Positions 17,758-27,156 of a stretch of DNA of 64,000 nt are shown one piece after another. Position 1 is the stretch's first letter, and each line of letters opens with the position of its first letter. The stretch lies in the IMG/VR virus record IMGVR_UViG_3300042296_001032; one strand, given 5' to 3'. Under the pieces are notes generated by a model. It was not told where the DNA came from. It saw only the letters and a list, made by a program, of their open reading frames with translations, and searched no databases. The position numbers were made by a program, and so were the translations under genes. The DNA comes from a virus (Duplodnaviria; Heunggongvirae; Uroviricota; Caudoviricetes).

Positions 17758-18563
17758 ACTAACCTTTCTATTTCATTTTCAATATCCTCTATTGAGCTTA
17801 TTTTAAAAGTATAAAACCCATAATCGGATTCTAAGTTAATATGTTTATGTTTTTTAGTTTCTACATTCCATATAACAAACCCGTGTTTATCTACAGACTC
17901 ACCAAAATCTTGTTGTATCATTGATGAGGGTTGTACGATAGTAGTTCCATGATAATTCATCACTTGGTATAAGTGAATATCACCACAACAAACAAAATCA
18001 CAACCATCAAAAATAGAAATGTCTTGTCCGTCCTCAAATTCAAACCCAACATTTGTCTTTAAACCAATTAAAGGGTCATGATATAAACCAACGTATGTCT
18101 TATCACCAAAGTCCTCTTTGGCCTTTTCTATTTCAGGTCTCTGTGAACCTTCGATATGACCATATAAACACCAAACAATATTCTCATCCTCAAAACATCC
18201 TGTGTGTTTTAAAAACTTAAGTCTATCATCATTCATTGTATCAATAATGGGTGTTAACGCATCCATTCTATCTAAGTTATTGGCTAAGAAATCGTGGTTA
18301 CCCAAAATAACTATGGTATCACAAATGTCACAACAATTTTTAAAGAACCATGTTGTTAAATCTACTAGTTCAGGTGTTAACTGATTCTTAGAGTGTACCA
18401 CATCACCAGCAATAACAATCCTAACCTCTTCTCTGTTAAGGTTGTTTTCTTCCATATGTTCTTTAACTGAATCAAAGAACTTTTGAAATTGTTCACGGTA
18501 TTCATCGTGTCTTTTATAAAGTCTGATGTGTAAATCAGCACAGTGATAGATTATTTTTATCAT
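17754..18563 (-). CDS. SbcD/Mre11/T4 gp47-like metallophosphoesterase nuclease (short form)
   Basis: ADLH, AGDVVH, GNHD, YHD and GDIH motifs. Confidence 0.9.
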   Translation of the reverse strand: MIKIIYHCADLHIRLYKRHDEYREQFQKFFDSVKEHMEENNLNREEVRIVIAGDVVHSKNQLTPELVDLTTWFFKNCCDICDTIVILGNHDFLANNLDRMDALTPIIDTMNDDRLKFLKHTGCFEDENIVWCLYGHIEGSQRPEIEKAKEDFGDKTYVGLYHDPLIGLKTNVGFEFEDGQDISIFDGCDFVCCGDIHLYQVMNYHGTTIVQPSSMIQQDFGESVDKHGFVIWNVETKKHKHINLESDYGFYTFKISSIEDIENEIERLV

Positions 18564-18889
18564 AATTTAAATTTATTAATTTTTTTTATAGGTTTAAAGT
18601 CTTTTAAATCCTCTATTGATAATCCGTGTATATTTAAAAATTGAATTACTGCCTCTGTAAGTAATTCTTTATATTCAGTTTCAACATTAAAATTAGAATG
18701 ATATACGTCATCTGTGAGTTGAACTGAAATTTGTATATTAGTTTTAAAAGTATAATTACTACTTACTCGTGGATGCCTAAATAAAACTCCCCTAACGGGA
18801 GAAAAGTTATCTGGGTTATACATTATAGGTGTAACCGTGAACCCCAAATGACCAAACTCATTTTCAAACCATTGTGAAATTTCATCCAT
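18560..18889 (-). CDS. Small hypothetical protein, paralogue of 18889-19182
   Basis: WFxNxFGHLGF..P; ends PIKKINKFKL. Confidence 0.6.
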   Translation of the reverse strand: MDEISQWFENEFGHLGFTVTPIMYNPDNFSPVRGVLFRHPRVSSNYTFKTNIQISVQLTDDVYHSNFNVETEYKELLTEAVIQFLNIHGLSIEDLKDFKPIKKINKFKL

Positions 18890-19182
18890 TACAATTCAAA
18901 TTGTTTAATTTTTTTTATTGGTATAAAATCACCATCTAATCTATAACCATAAGTTGTTAATAATGTGTCAAATATTAATTTTCTAAGTTCCTTATCACCA
19001 ACAGTAAAATCTAAAACTCTTTCCAAACTTATCCTAACCATCTGTGTTTTATTGTTATTATATAAAACACCAAAATAAAATTTTAAATCTTGTGTGTCTT
19101 GGTAAAGTGGTGATAAATCAAATCCTAAATGTCCGTAATTATCTAAAAACCAATTTTTGAATGTGGTGTATGATAAATTCAT
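18889..19182 (-). CDS. Small hypothetical protein, paralogue of 18560-18889
   Basis: WFxDNYGHLGF..P; ends PIKKIKQFEL. Confidence 0.6.
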   Translation of the reverse strand: MNLSYTTFKNWFLDNYGHLGFDLSPLYQDTQDLKFYFGVLYNNNKTQMVRISLERVLDFTVGDKELRKLIFDTLLTTYGYRLDGDFIPIKKIKQFEL

Positions 19183-19583
19183 TATAATTTATGTTTTGGT
19201 ATATATTTTATTGGGTCCATTTCAGGATTGTCTTTAATCCATTCACAATAGTCTTCAGCAAAAAAACTACATAACTCAGCCTCAGCATCAAAATTTGTTC
19301 CATGTAAATCACTAATAACCTCTCTATTATCAGTTATAAACTGGTCAAATTTTTGTATTAAATTTGGGACATTTTTAATAATTAAACCTGTTTTACAAAT
19401 TCTATATATTATAGGGAATATAGTAGTTATTAAAAAATCACCACTACCAAATAAAGGACCATCACTAATTAATATAGTGGCAGCCTTTTCATAGGTTATA
19501 GCTGTATTACCTTTAAACTCTTCGGTTAACCCATCTAAAAAACCTAAGTTACCCCACTTTTCAATCACTTCCTCCAAATCCAT
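19182..19583 (-). CDS. Mini-protein resembling the N-terminus of a gp23-type major capsid protein
   Basis: EEVIEKWGNLGFLDGL...NTAITYE...TTIFPIIYRI; ends PIKYIPKHKL. Confidence 0.55.
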   Translation of the reverse strand: MDLEEVIEKWGNLGFLDGLTEEFKGNTAITYEKAATILISDGPLFGSGDFLITTIFPIIYRICKTGLIIKNVPNLIQKFDQFITDNREVISDLHGTNFDAEAELCSFFAEDYCEWIKDNPEMDPIKYIPKHKL

Positions 19584-19977
19584 GTTTTTTTATTGGTTTT
19601 AATTGTACCATTTTACCCATTTTTTGGTTAAATAGGTCTATTATATCTTGGTATTTTCCAGTGAAACCTTCTAATTTAGGTGTACCAGCATAATAAGCAC
19701 TTCCGTCAATAAATAAATCTTTTTCTTTTACATAAAAAAACTCATCTACATATTGTTTCATGGTATTCATGGGTGGTAACATCTTATGTGATGTAATTAC
19801 TCTGTTTATACAGTAACCACATTTTTGAAATATCTTTTCTTTTATTAGTTTTCTACTAGCCCCTGTTGGTGAAACCACTAAAGCTGTTTTTCCACCATTT
19901 TCTTCTAAAAAAAGAACTATGTCCTCAACCATCCTAGTTGATTTACCTGTTTGTCTACCACTTACTTCGACGTACAT
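19561..19977 (-). CDS. Truncated P-loop protein resembling a terminase large-subunit ATPase N-terminus
   Basis: GRQTGKS Walker A, ALVVSP strand, YVDEF Walker-B-like; only 138 aa. Confidence 0.5.
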   Translation of the reverse strand: MYVEVSGRQTGKSTRMVEDIVLFLEENGGKTALVVSPTGASRKLIKEKIFQKCGYCINRVITSHKMLPPMNTMKQYVDEFFYVKEKDLFIDGSAYYAGTPKLEGFTGKYQDIIDLFNQKMGKMVQLKPIKKHGFGGSD

Positions 19978-21129
19978 TTATCTCACCATGTCTATATCGT
20001 TATTCTCTATTCTTTCAAGAGTGTAGATTTCCATTTCGTGTCTTAGTTTATTTTCCTCAACAAGTTTCTCGTATCTTTTTTGTGCTTTCCCTTTCCACCA
20101 CTCAATCATATGAGAAAGTTTGTGTTTATGGAAATTTTGTCCTTCAATTAAAGGAATTTCACCACCAGAATTAACATGTTCAATAACATTGTCGTATCCA
20201 AAGTTTGAATAATAATATCTCTTTTTGGTTTTGGCTTTCATATGTGTTTTGGTGAAAGAATGAAACTCATTATAAGCATCGATATCATAATGTTTAAGGT
20301 GATTTTTAAGGACTGATATTGCCTTATTAAACTCTCTCATCTTTGGTCCTGATGGTACAGGGTCTACAGTATTTCCACCCCATTCAGGGTTACCGTATAA
20401 CTCTCTCATTTTAGCTCTAATCGGCCCATAAACTTCTTCTGTTGGGAATAAAAACAAATCTGATTCTGTCATGTCTTGGTAACGGATATATGGTTTTAAA
20501 CCATCGTATTGACTCATACCTTTGATGTCACCATAAAGGGAGGTTGTTTCAAAAAAACAAGTATCGATTTTATCACCATACTTTTCTTTTAACATATTTT
20601 TAATTTCGTGTGAACATGAAATTAAAGCTAATAGTTTACCACCTAAGTAGTTATACCCAAAAGGTTGTACAGGAACAATAATGGCCCCATTAATCATATG
20701 TCTATTAACAGCTGTAGCTCTAATTGTTTCACCAAAGAAATCATTTCTAGGTTTAATAGATAAAACAGGTGAAGCCACACGAATAAACCCAACATATTTG
20801 TTAGTGGTTTTTTCTCTAATACCCATCATGATTTGTCTACCGATTTGTGATTCTAAAGGTAGTGAAGTGATAATCTGTGTAGAAGGATTAAATAAATTAC
20901 CCTCAATCACCTCGATTTCAAATTCCATGTTTTTTGGCTCAACACTATAATCATCAAACATGTTTTTAGTGTATTTATCGTGGTTAATATCCACAATTTT
21001 TTCTTTTTTTCTAGCCAAAAAATAGTCTTGGATTGACTCAAGGTCTCGGTAAAAATTTATAAATCTATCTTTTATTCCAATTGTCTCCTCTAAAGTTAAT
21101 TTAGGTTCGAATTCTATTTTATCACTCAT
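19978..21129 (-). CDS. DUF4338 / DruA-like protein
   Basis: GRQI...YVGFIRVASP...PRN and PVQPFGYNYLGGKLLAL...ETTSLYG motifs. Confidence 0.6.
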   Translation of the reverse strand: MSDKIEFEPKLTLEETIGIKDRFINFYRDLESIQDYFLARKKEKIVDINHDKYTKNMFDDYSVEPKNMEFEIEVIEGNLFNPSTQIITSLPLESQIGRQIMMGIREKTTNKYVGFIRVASPVLSIKPRNDFFGETIRATAVNRHMINGAIIVPVQPFGYNYLGGKLLALISCSHEIKNMLKEKYGDKIDTCFFETTSLYGDIKGMSQYDGLKPYIRYQDMTESDLFLFPTEEVYGPIRAKMRELYGNPEWGGNTVDPVPSGPKMREFNKAISVLKNHLKHYDIDAYNEFHSFTKTHMKAKTKKRYYYSNFGYDNVIEHVNSGGEIPLIEGQNFHKHKLSHMIEWWKGKAQKRYEKLVEENKLRHEMEIYTLERIENNDIDMVR

Positions 21130-21181
21130 ATATCTGTTTATTTAATAAATAATAGACAAAAAATATTAAACACTAAAGACT

Positions 21182-21931
21182 TTATTTTTTATTTTTTTCT
21201 AACCAATAGTCCAAAATTGCTTTGGCATCCCTACCCAAATAGGGCATATTAATTTTTTCAAAGGTATAATCTTTTTGTGGGTTTAAATAAAATATCTGTA
21301 GTTTACCAACTTTTTTTCTTGTTTGCATTTGTATCATGTATGCATATATAGATAGTTGTAGAGCGTATACGTTGTATTGACAATCTGATAAATGTGATAC
21401 TGGTTTATTTAACCATTGATTGTATTTTGATATGTAATTTAGTTCTTTATTTGTTTTAAAGTCCAATATATTAAAATAATCACCACAATCCTCTACAATA
21501 TCCGCTGTTCCACAAATTTTATATTTTTCACTAAATAAAACTGCTTCTGGGTAAACTGTACCAGACATATCATCTACTTCTTGGAATTTACTTATTACCT
21601 CTCTTTCATAATCGTTTTTAGGTATGTATATCCTATCAGCCAATAGGTACCTCTCCAATATTTCATGGACTTCAGTACCATATTCATTTGCCTCACGATT
21701 AATACGTTCCCATTCTACTAATATCTCACCCTTGGTCATACCAACATACTCAGGTTTTTTTACATCATCCGACTGTTGGGATATTGCGTAAGCCACTGAG
21801 TCACTATCGAAATGAGGTTCCAATAATGATAAAATTGTTGTTACTGATTTAAAAACTTCGTTAGTTTCCTTATGATAATATTTATGTTCTATCGGTTCTA
21901 ACCAAACTTGTGTTTCCCATTTATTTGCCAT
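21182..21931 (-). CDS. PD-(D/E)XK nuclease (Cas4/RecB-like exonuclease)
   Basis: SVTTIL, GTEVH, GTADIV, ILDFKT, YALQLSIYA. Confidence 0.85.
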   Translation of the reverse strand: MANKWETQVWLEPIEHKYYHKETNEVFKSVTTILSLLEPHFDSDSVAYAISQQSDDVKKPEYVGMTKGEILVEWERINREANEYGTEVHEILERYLLADRIYIPKNDYEREVISKFQEVDDMSGTVYPEAVLFSEKYKICGTADIVEDCGDYFNILDFKTNKELNYISKYNQWLNKPVSHLSDCQYNVYALQLSIYAYMIQMQTRKKVGKLQIFYLNPQKDYTFEKINMPYLGRDAKAILDYWLEKNKK

Positions 21932-22133
21932 TTATTACTTTATTAATCTCAACATTCTTTTTAGTTGGGCAATTATCACAGTAAGTGATATCCAATATCT
22001 CCCTTATTTCATCAGTTAAACCAAGTAATGCATCAGCATTACCTATATAATTTATAATTCCTTGATAACCCTCAAGTCTAAATCTTTCTAATAAAATTTC
22101 TTTCTTAATAATTCTTTTATTAAATCCCATCAC
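21921..22133 (-). CDS. Small hypothetical protein
   Basis: ORF track; overlaps both neighbours in operon fashion. Confidence 0.45.
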   Translation of the reverse strand: MMGFNKRIIKKEILLERFRLEGYQGIINYIGNADALLGLTDEIREILDITYCDNCPTKKNVEINKVINGK

Positions 22134-23095
22134 AATTCACTTTCTTTAAGAATAATACCACTTTTCATACATTCAATCACACCTTCTCTACCAAAGTCTT
22201 CATGAATTTTGGCTATATCATAACCTTCTTTCATTTTAACAATTCTAATTCTACCAAATAATTTTCCAACATTCAACTTTGCATAATGTTTTTTAGCGTC
22301 TTCCCATGCATCATCATCTAAGAGAATTATTACATTACCGTTTGTTTTATGGAATAAAGAATGCATTAGTTTATCAGAAATTTTTTTACCCAATAGTGGG
22401 ATTGAGTTATGAACTACAATATGGTCAAAAGGTCCTTCAACCAAATAAACATCTGAATCCCAATCTACACAACATTCGTTAAATATTAAAATTTCTTTAT
22501 CCGAATCAGGATTTAAGTACTTTGGTTTTGCATTAACATAAGTTCTTGTTACCCAATAATTTAATTCATTATTAATATCATAAGAAGGAATTACAACCCT
22601 AGAGTCGTACTGTCCCCCACTAACATAACCCATTTTATATCTTTGGATTATTTCTTTTTTAATTTTTCTTTCTTTAGTAAGATAATTCCAAGCTTGTTTA
22701 TATAACAGTGATTTAGGGTTACCTTCTTCAAAACTAATAAATCCTTTTGGTAAGGTTAAGTCTTCGATAACGTTGGCATCTTTTACTTTAGATTTAAAAT
22801 CATCTAAAGTGTAACCAATCATTTTTAGTTTTTTAACTTGTTGTTTGTTAGCAAAACTTCTGAATAATTTTTTAAGACTACCCTTGGTTCCATTAACCTC
22901 ACCACAAGCCCAACAATTATAAACACCCTCAGATAAGTTAACCTCTAAATTACCTTTACCATCACCTTCATATTCACCTTTTTCGGCAGAACAAACAGGA
23001 CAATCAAAACTATATTGTTGTTTAGAAACATTTGTCTTTTTAGGTTTCCCTAAGACATCCAAAATTATACCGTAAATGAGTGAGTTTTCAACCAT
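22130..23095 (-). CDS. DnaG-type DNA primase
   Basis: Zinc finger FDCPVC...YNCWACG; RVVIP; TOPRIM YLVEGPFD and LLDDDA. Confidence 0.88.
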   Translation of the reverse strand: MVENSLIYGIILDVLGKPKKTNVSKQQYSFDCPVCSAEKGEYEGDGKGNLEVNLSEGVYNCWACGEVNGTKGSLKKLFRSFANKQQVKKLKMIGYTLDDFKSKVKDANVIEDLTLPKGFISFEEGNPKSLLYKQAWNYLTKERKIKKEIIQRYKMGYVSGGQYDSRVVIPSYDINNELNYWVTRTYVNAKPKYLNPDSDKEILIFNECCVDWDSDVYLVEGPFDHIVVHNSIPLLGKKISDKLMHSLFHKTNGNVIILLDDDAWEDAKKHYAKLNVGKLFGRIRIVKMKEGYDIAKIHEDFGREGVIECMKSGIILKESEL

Positions 23096-23096
23096 A

Positions 23097-23573
23097 TTAA
23101 ATAATAGGTAAGTTAAGTTCTTCGATTACTGTACCTTCTTGGTCACAAATTATAATACCCAAGTCACTATAAGCCTCTATAAAGTTTTTTTCTTTATGTT
23201 TTTTAAGGTACGTTGATACAGAAACATTTTCCTCTGACAATATTTTTATTGTATAACAATAGTCTTTTAGGAAATTAATGAACTCATCAAAAGTTACGAT
23301 TTCTTCTGAATGTATTTTTTCTAATAATTTTTTAGAACAGTTAGTTCTACCATTACAGTGTTCCTCTGTAACTCTACCTTCTTTGTTAAAGGCTCTTAAA
23401 GAAATAAATTCTTTTTGAAAGAATGTTGTGTTTGTTTCGTCATAGATTGGACTTCTAAAGTGTGAAACGTATTTATGTTTTTTATATTCATCTTTTGTTT
23501 CATAATATAATTTAGAATACATCTTAGCCTCTTCCCATAAACATTCTAATGCTAGTTTTTTATTTTCAGTCAT
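23097..23573 (-). CDS. Hypothetical protein (weak His-Me-finger-like motif)
   Basis: VTEEHCNGR...CYTIKILSEEN; TATATTTG at 23578-23585 upstream. Confidence 0.4.
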   Translation of the reverse strand: MTENKKLALECLWEEAKMYSKLYYETKDEYKKHKYVSHFRSPIYDETNTTFFQKEFISLRAFNKEGRVTEEHCNGRTNCSKKLLEKIHSEEIVTFDEFINFLKDYCYTIKILSEENVSVSTYLKKHKEKNFIEAYSDLGIIICDQEGTVIEELNLPII

Positions 23574-23577
23574 AATA

Positions 23578-23585
23578 CAAATATA
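23578..23585 (-). promoter_or_regulatory. Bacteroidetes-type -7 element (TATATTTG) heading the primase/nuclease operon
   Basis: TAnnTTTG match 4 nt upstream of the ATG at 23573. Confidence 0.5.
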
Positions 23586-23605
23586 GTATATTTTTTCAAT
23601 AAAAC

Positions 23606-23635
23606 AAAAATATCGGTCAAAATTGGCCGATATTT
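23606..23635 (-). terminator. Rho-independent terminator after the RuvC-like gene
   Basis: AAATATCGG...CCGATATTT inverted repeat with an adjacent A run. Confidence 0.6.
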
Positions 23636-23658
23636 AATAATTTTTTATATAATGTGGG

Positions 23659-24291
23659 TTATTTTTTGGTACAATCCCAATGGTTTTCTTTACACATAAA
23701 CCCTCTGACAGCGGCGTAACTATCCGTCATATCAAAATTTTCTTTTTTAAGTTTTTGGTTTCTATCATACTCCCAAACAATTTGTGGTTCCAAATCAGCT
23801 ATTTTTTCCCAAATAATTTGTTTTTTATCAACCTCCCAAGAGAAAGCACCAAATAAAACAGGTGTAGCCCTATCAATATCTTTTTGTTTGTATGGTTCAC
23901 CTTTCTTATTATGTGTTCTTAATTGAACCAATTCAGGGAAGGAGTACCTTCTAGCGTCGTTTGATGATACAAAGTCTGGTATGACATTTAATACCTCTGA
24001 TACTACCTTAGATATCATCCCATTAAACTTAAGTAATGTGGCAACAGTATATACGTTATTACTATTCAATAAAGGTTCTTCAATTATAACTTTCTCAATA
24101 TCAAACTCAATATAACGAGTTATTAATCTTTCAAAAGCATCAACCTTTTTAAACAATTCTTCTAGTTTTGTTTCAGGTTGAGGTTTAATTTTTGGTGTGA
24201 TGTGCGTTAATTCTAACAATTTTCCGTCAGCTTCAAATAAAGCCATACCAATGGTTTTTGTTGACACATCTAGTCCGAGTATTCTTGACAT
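23659..24291 (-). CDS. RuvC-like Holliday junction resolvase
   Basis: ILGLDVS, IIEEP, DMTDSY acidic catalytic pattern. Confidence 0.8.
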   Translation of the reverse strand: MSRILGLDVSTKTIGMALFEADGKLLELTHITPKIKPQPETKLEELFKKVDAFERLITRYIEFDIEKVIIEEPLLNSNNVYTVATLLKFNGMISKVVSEVLNVIPDFVSSNDARRYSFPELVQLRTHNKKGEPYKQKDIDRATPVLFGAFSWEVDKKQIIWEKIADLEPQIVWEYDRNQKLKKENFDMTDSYAAVRGFMCKENHWDCTKK

Positions 24292-24312
24292 TTAAAACAT
24301 TTTTTATTTATA

Positions 24313-25464
24313 TTATGATGGGTATACAGAAGTATTTACTGATGTACCCCATACAGTTCCAATTCCACCATCCAATTTAACACTAAGATTCAATACAACA
24401 TAGTTGTCAGTTTTCTCAATAATACTTGTTGGTGTTCCAATAGCGGTAACTTGTCCAGCTGTATCATATAGACACACTTGTGTTACTTTAACCACTTCCT
24501 CACAATTAGTCTCACCATTAGCAATAGCTTGTTTTCTAGATGGGTTAGTTGTGAATTTTAAAATATCTGGTGAAGCATTAATTCTAACATCTGCTGATAC
24601 ACTACTATCATAGTCTGTAACAACTGTGTAAGAAATATTTGGTGCGAATGTTGCTCTTGTTGTTCCCGTACCTCCTGTTGCTAAAGCAAAATTAAATCCT
24701 TGAACAATCGTTGGGTCCCAAAGAGTAACTATACCACTAATACAATCTACCATACCAGCCGCTAAATGATAACCACTACCATTAAATCTAGCAGTTAATT
24801 TACCGTTTGCGTAAGGATTTGTGACTTTATGTGCCTGACTGAATCCTGAAGTAGACCCTGTAGTTAAACTTGTATAATCATTAAATAAAAATACAATTCC
24901 ACTTTCATAAGTAGGTCCGTTATTACCCCTACCAGTTTCTTGGCCCATACCTGTATCAATAACAGCCTCTTTTAGTGACTCAAATTTTCTAGTATCACCA
25001 ACAGTTTTAGCACAAACACCAGCTGTGTTTCTAGTTAAGATTTCAGGTGTATTATAAAAAGTAAAATAATTAGTTAAAGCGGTTATACCTGATAAAGTAC
25101 TTCCCGTAAAGGATGTCGGTATTACAAGTGCCCCATCTCTACCAATTAAAGCTTGTCTATATGTTTCGTTATTAATTAAACCAACAATAATACCAGTACT
25201 ATTATAAGCTTCATAAAGTTTTTCTAATGAGGTACCTAAATAACCACCATTATTAAAAGATATATTATAGTTATCAGCTATTTCATCTGTGTATAAACCA
25301 AGATTAGCGTAGAAATGTGACCACACATTAGTTGTAAATCCTGAATTTGAAGAAGATGGTACGTATGTCCATTCTATTTCATTACCAGGGATTGCATAAA
25401 AATATGAACTTTCCTCTTCGGTTGTTTTTATGTTAACATTTTCTACAGGTACTAATGAACTCAT
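24313..25464 (-). CDS. Virion structural protein (baseplate/collar family)
   Basis: C-terminal VKVTQVCLYDTAGQVTAIG parallels VHISEVGIYSTGGELVAIG of 27156-29192. Confidence 0.5.
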   Translation of the reverse strand: MSSLVPVENVNIKTTEEESSYFYAIPGNEIEWTYVPSSSNSGFTTNVWSHFYANLGLYTDEIADNYNISFNNGGYLGTSLEKLYEAYNSTGIIVGLINNETYRQALIGRDGALVIPTSFTGSTLSGITALTNYFTFYNTPEILTRNTAGVCAKTVGDTRKFESLKEAVIDTGMGQETGRGNNGPTYESGIVFLFNDYTSLTTGSTSGFSQAHKVTNPYANGKLTARFNGSGYHLAAGMVDCISGIVTLWDPTIVQGFNFALATGGTGTTRATFAPNISYTVVTDYDSSVSADVRINASPDILKFTTNPSRKQAIANGETNCEEVVKVTQVCLYDTAGQVTAIGTPTSIIEKTDNYVVLNLSVKLDGGIGTVWGTSVNTSVYPS

Positions 25465-25475
25465 TAATTTTTTAT

Positions 25476-25778
25476 TTAAATTGTTGTTATTGTTTGAGTG
25501 TTTGTGGTACTATCGTATGAAATAGCTATACCACTATTATTAACTTTTTGAACAGTGAATGAAACGGGTAATAACCTCATTCCATTAAGACCTAAAGGTA
25601 TCACATCTGCTGCTCCTAAATTAATTGTTTGTAACCTATCATTAACTTTATAGTAAAGGTCGACAGAACTTGACGAAAGGAAAGCGTTGTATTCAGCATT
25701 ATTGTTTCCTTCAACTAAGTCATTAAATTTATTCTGATTATTATAATCACTTAAAGTATTGTAATATATCTTTACCAT
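25476..25778 (-). CDS. Small hypothetical protein in the structural block
   Basis: ORF track; TAATG coupling. Confidence 0.5.
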   Translation of the reverse strand: MVKIYYNTLSDYNNQNKFNDLVEGNNNAEYNAFLSSSSVDLYYKVNDRLQTINLGAADVIPLGLNGMRLLPVSFTVQKVNNSGIAISYDSTTNTQTITTI

Positions 25779-26923
25779 TAGTTAACTATTAATATATTGT
25801 TATATCCTAATATTGTTGCATTAGGTTCATAAACGAAGTTTAAACTTACATTACCACCTATAATCGGTAGGTCTCCAGTATCGTTAAGTCTTAGTCTAAG
25901 ATTAATTGGCATCTCCCATTTATCAAATGAAGTTTCTTTAAAATAAAACTCAACATGATTTTTAGCTTTTTCAATCATACCGATAATTAAAGATTGTTCA
26001 TCTGAATTTTGGTACCCCCAAATGGCTTGAGCCATAAAACCATTTAAATCAACTGAATTATATGTTCTAGGTTCTTTTAAATAATAAACATCTTTAGAAC
26101 CATTACTTCCAAGTAATACTGCCGGTCTAATTTCCTTATAACTAGAAGCTGTACCCATTTTGTTAAATGGAATAAAGTTTGTTAAACCATTAACAACGTA
26201 CCCAAATTGTGGGGCGTTAAATGTTAAAAATGAGTTATGACCTTCTAAGTAATTATTACCTTCTATATTAGCACCAAAACCAAATAGTAATCCAGTATAG
26301 AATCTATCAAAAGATTTATCTGATTGGGTTCTAACACCGTTATCAAAACTTATATACTTACTATTAAAGTTTACGTAGTTCTTTTTATCCTCATCACCAA
26401 AGAATTCATATGAAGTAACAAAGTTATTTGTTGTATCTAAATTAGACCAAGCATTAGTCACAAAGTCTTGTTCTTGTTTTACTAAATAAATCCCTTGGAA
26501 TAATTTTAAACTTGTTTCTAGATTTTCTGTATAAGCTGAATAAGTTGTTACATCCGTTAACCAAGCAAAGTATTCGTGTAAGTTTATTGTCATTGTTAGA
26601 TTACTACTAGTGTAATCATTAACACCACAGTCTTGTTTGTAAAAATTAACAACCCATCTCTGTGCAGTCTTTACCATTTCTTGCATTGGTGGTGGTGTGA
26701 CTTGTGCTTCCGTTGGGATAGCGTCAGTACATGATTTTCTTGCTGTAAATAAATTTTTAGAACCTGTTATATTCATTATGTCTTCCAGATTTGGGTCCGT
26801 AGTGACGTAATAAAGTTCATTCATATCAGATAAGCTAAAATACTTAAAACTCTGTTCAGCACCATTAGTCATTACTCTACGTAATCCGTAATTGGTTAAT
26901 TTTAAACTTACATTATTTGCCAT
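25778..26923 (-). CDS. Virion structural protein (baseplate/collar family)
   Basis: N-terminal LKLTNYGLRRVMTNG...FKYFSLSD shared with neighbouring genes. Confidence 0.5.
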   Translation of the reverse strand: MANNVSLKLTNYGLRRVMTNGAEQSFKYFSLSDMNELYYVTTDPNLEDIMNITGSKNLFTARKSCTDAIPTEAQVTPPPMQEMVKTAQRWVVNFYKQDCGVNDYTSSNLTMTINLHEYFAWLTDVTTYSAYTENLETSLKLFQGIYLVKQEQDFVTNAWSNLDTTNNFVTSYEFFGDEDKKNYVNFNSKYISFDNGVRTQSDKSFDRFYTGLLFGFGANIEGNNYLEGHNSFLTFNAPQFGYVVNGLTNFIPFNKMGTASSYKEIRPAVLLGSNGSKDVYYLKEPRTYNSVDLNGFMAQAIWGYQNSDEQSLIIGMIEKAKNHVEFYFKETSFDKWEMPINLRLRLNDTGDLPIIGGNVSLNFVYEPNATILGYNNILIVN

Positions 26924-27156
26924 TATTCTTTTATTTTTACTTTATATCTTGGTTCACTTTTAGTTGTAGAACTTTTATGACTACCCGTTATTTCTAGAAT
27001 ACCTTGTGGTTCAACACATAAATGATATATTACTGTATCATCCGAAAAACTAAAGTATCTAAACGTATCTTTGAACCCATTAGTTAAAAACTTTGTTTTA
27101 CCATATGGAGTTAAGATTAATTTTACTTCATCAATATTGTTATCTAAAAATCCCAT
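26923..27156 (-). CDS. Stand-alone N-terminal module of the same family
   Basis: MGFLDN...LILTPYGKTKFLTNG...FRYFSFSD. Confidence 0.5.
   Translation of the reverse strand: MGFLDNNIDEVKLILTPYGKTKFLTNGFKDTFRYFSFSDDTVIYHLCVEPQGILEITGSHKSSTTKSEPRYKVKIKE

Noticed and set aside
21182-21931. Cas4-like nuclease as evidence of a CRISPR-Cas system
   Set aside because: No array or other cas genes in the window, and no four-Cys Fe-S pattern; solo PD-(D/E)XK nucleases are common in phages.
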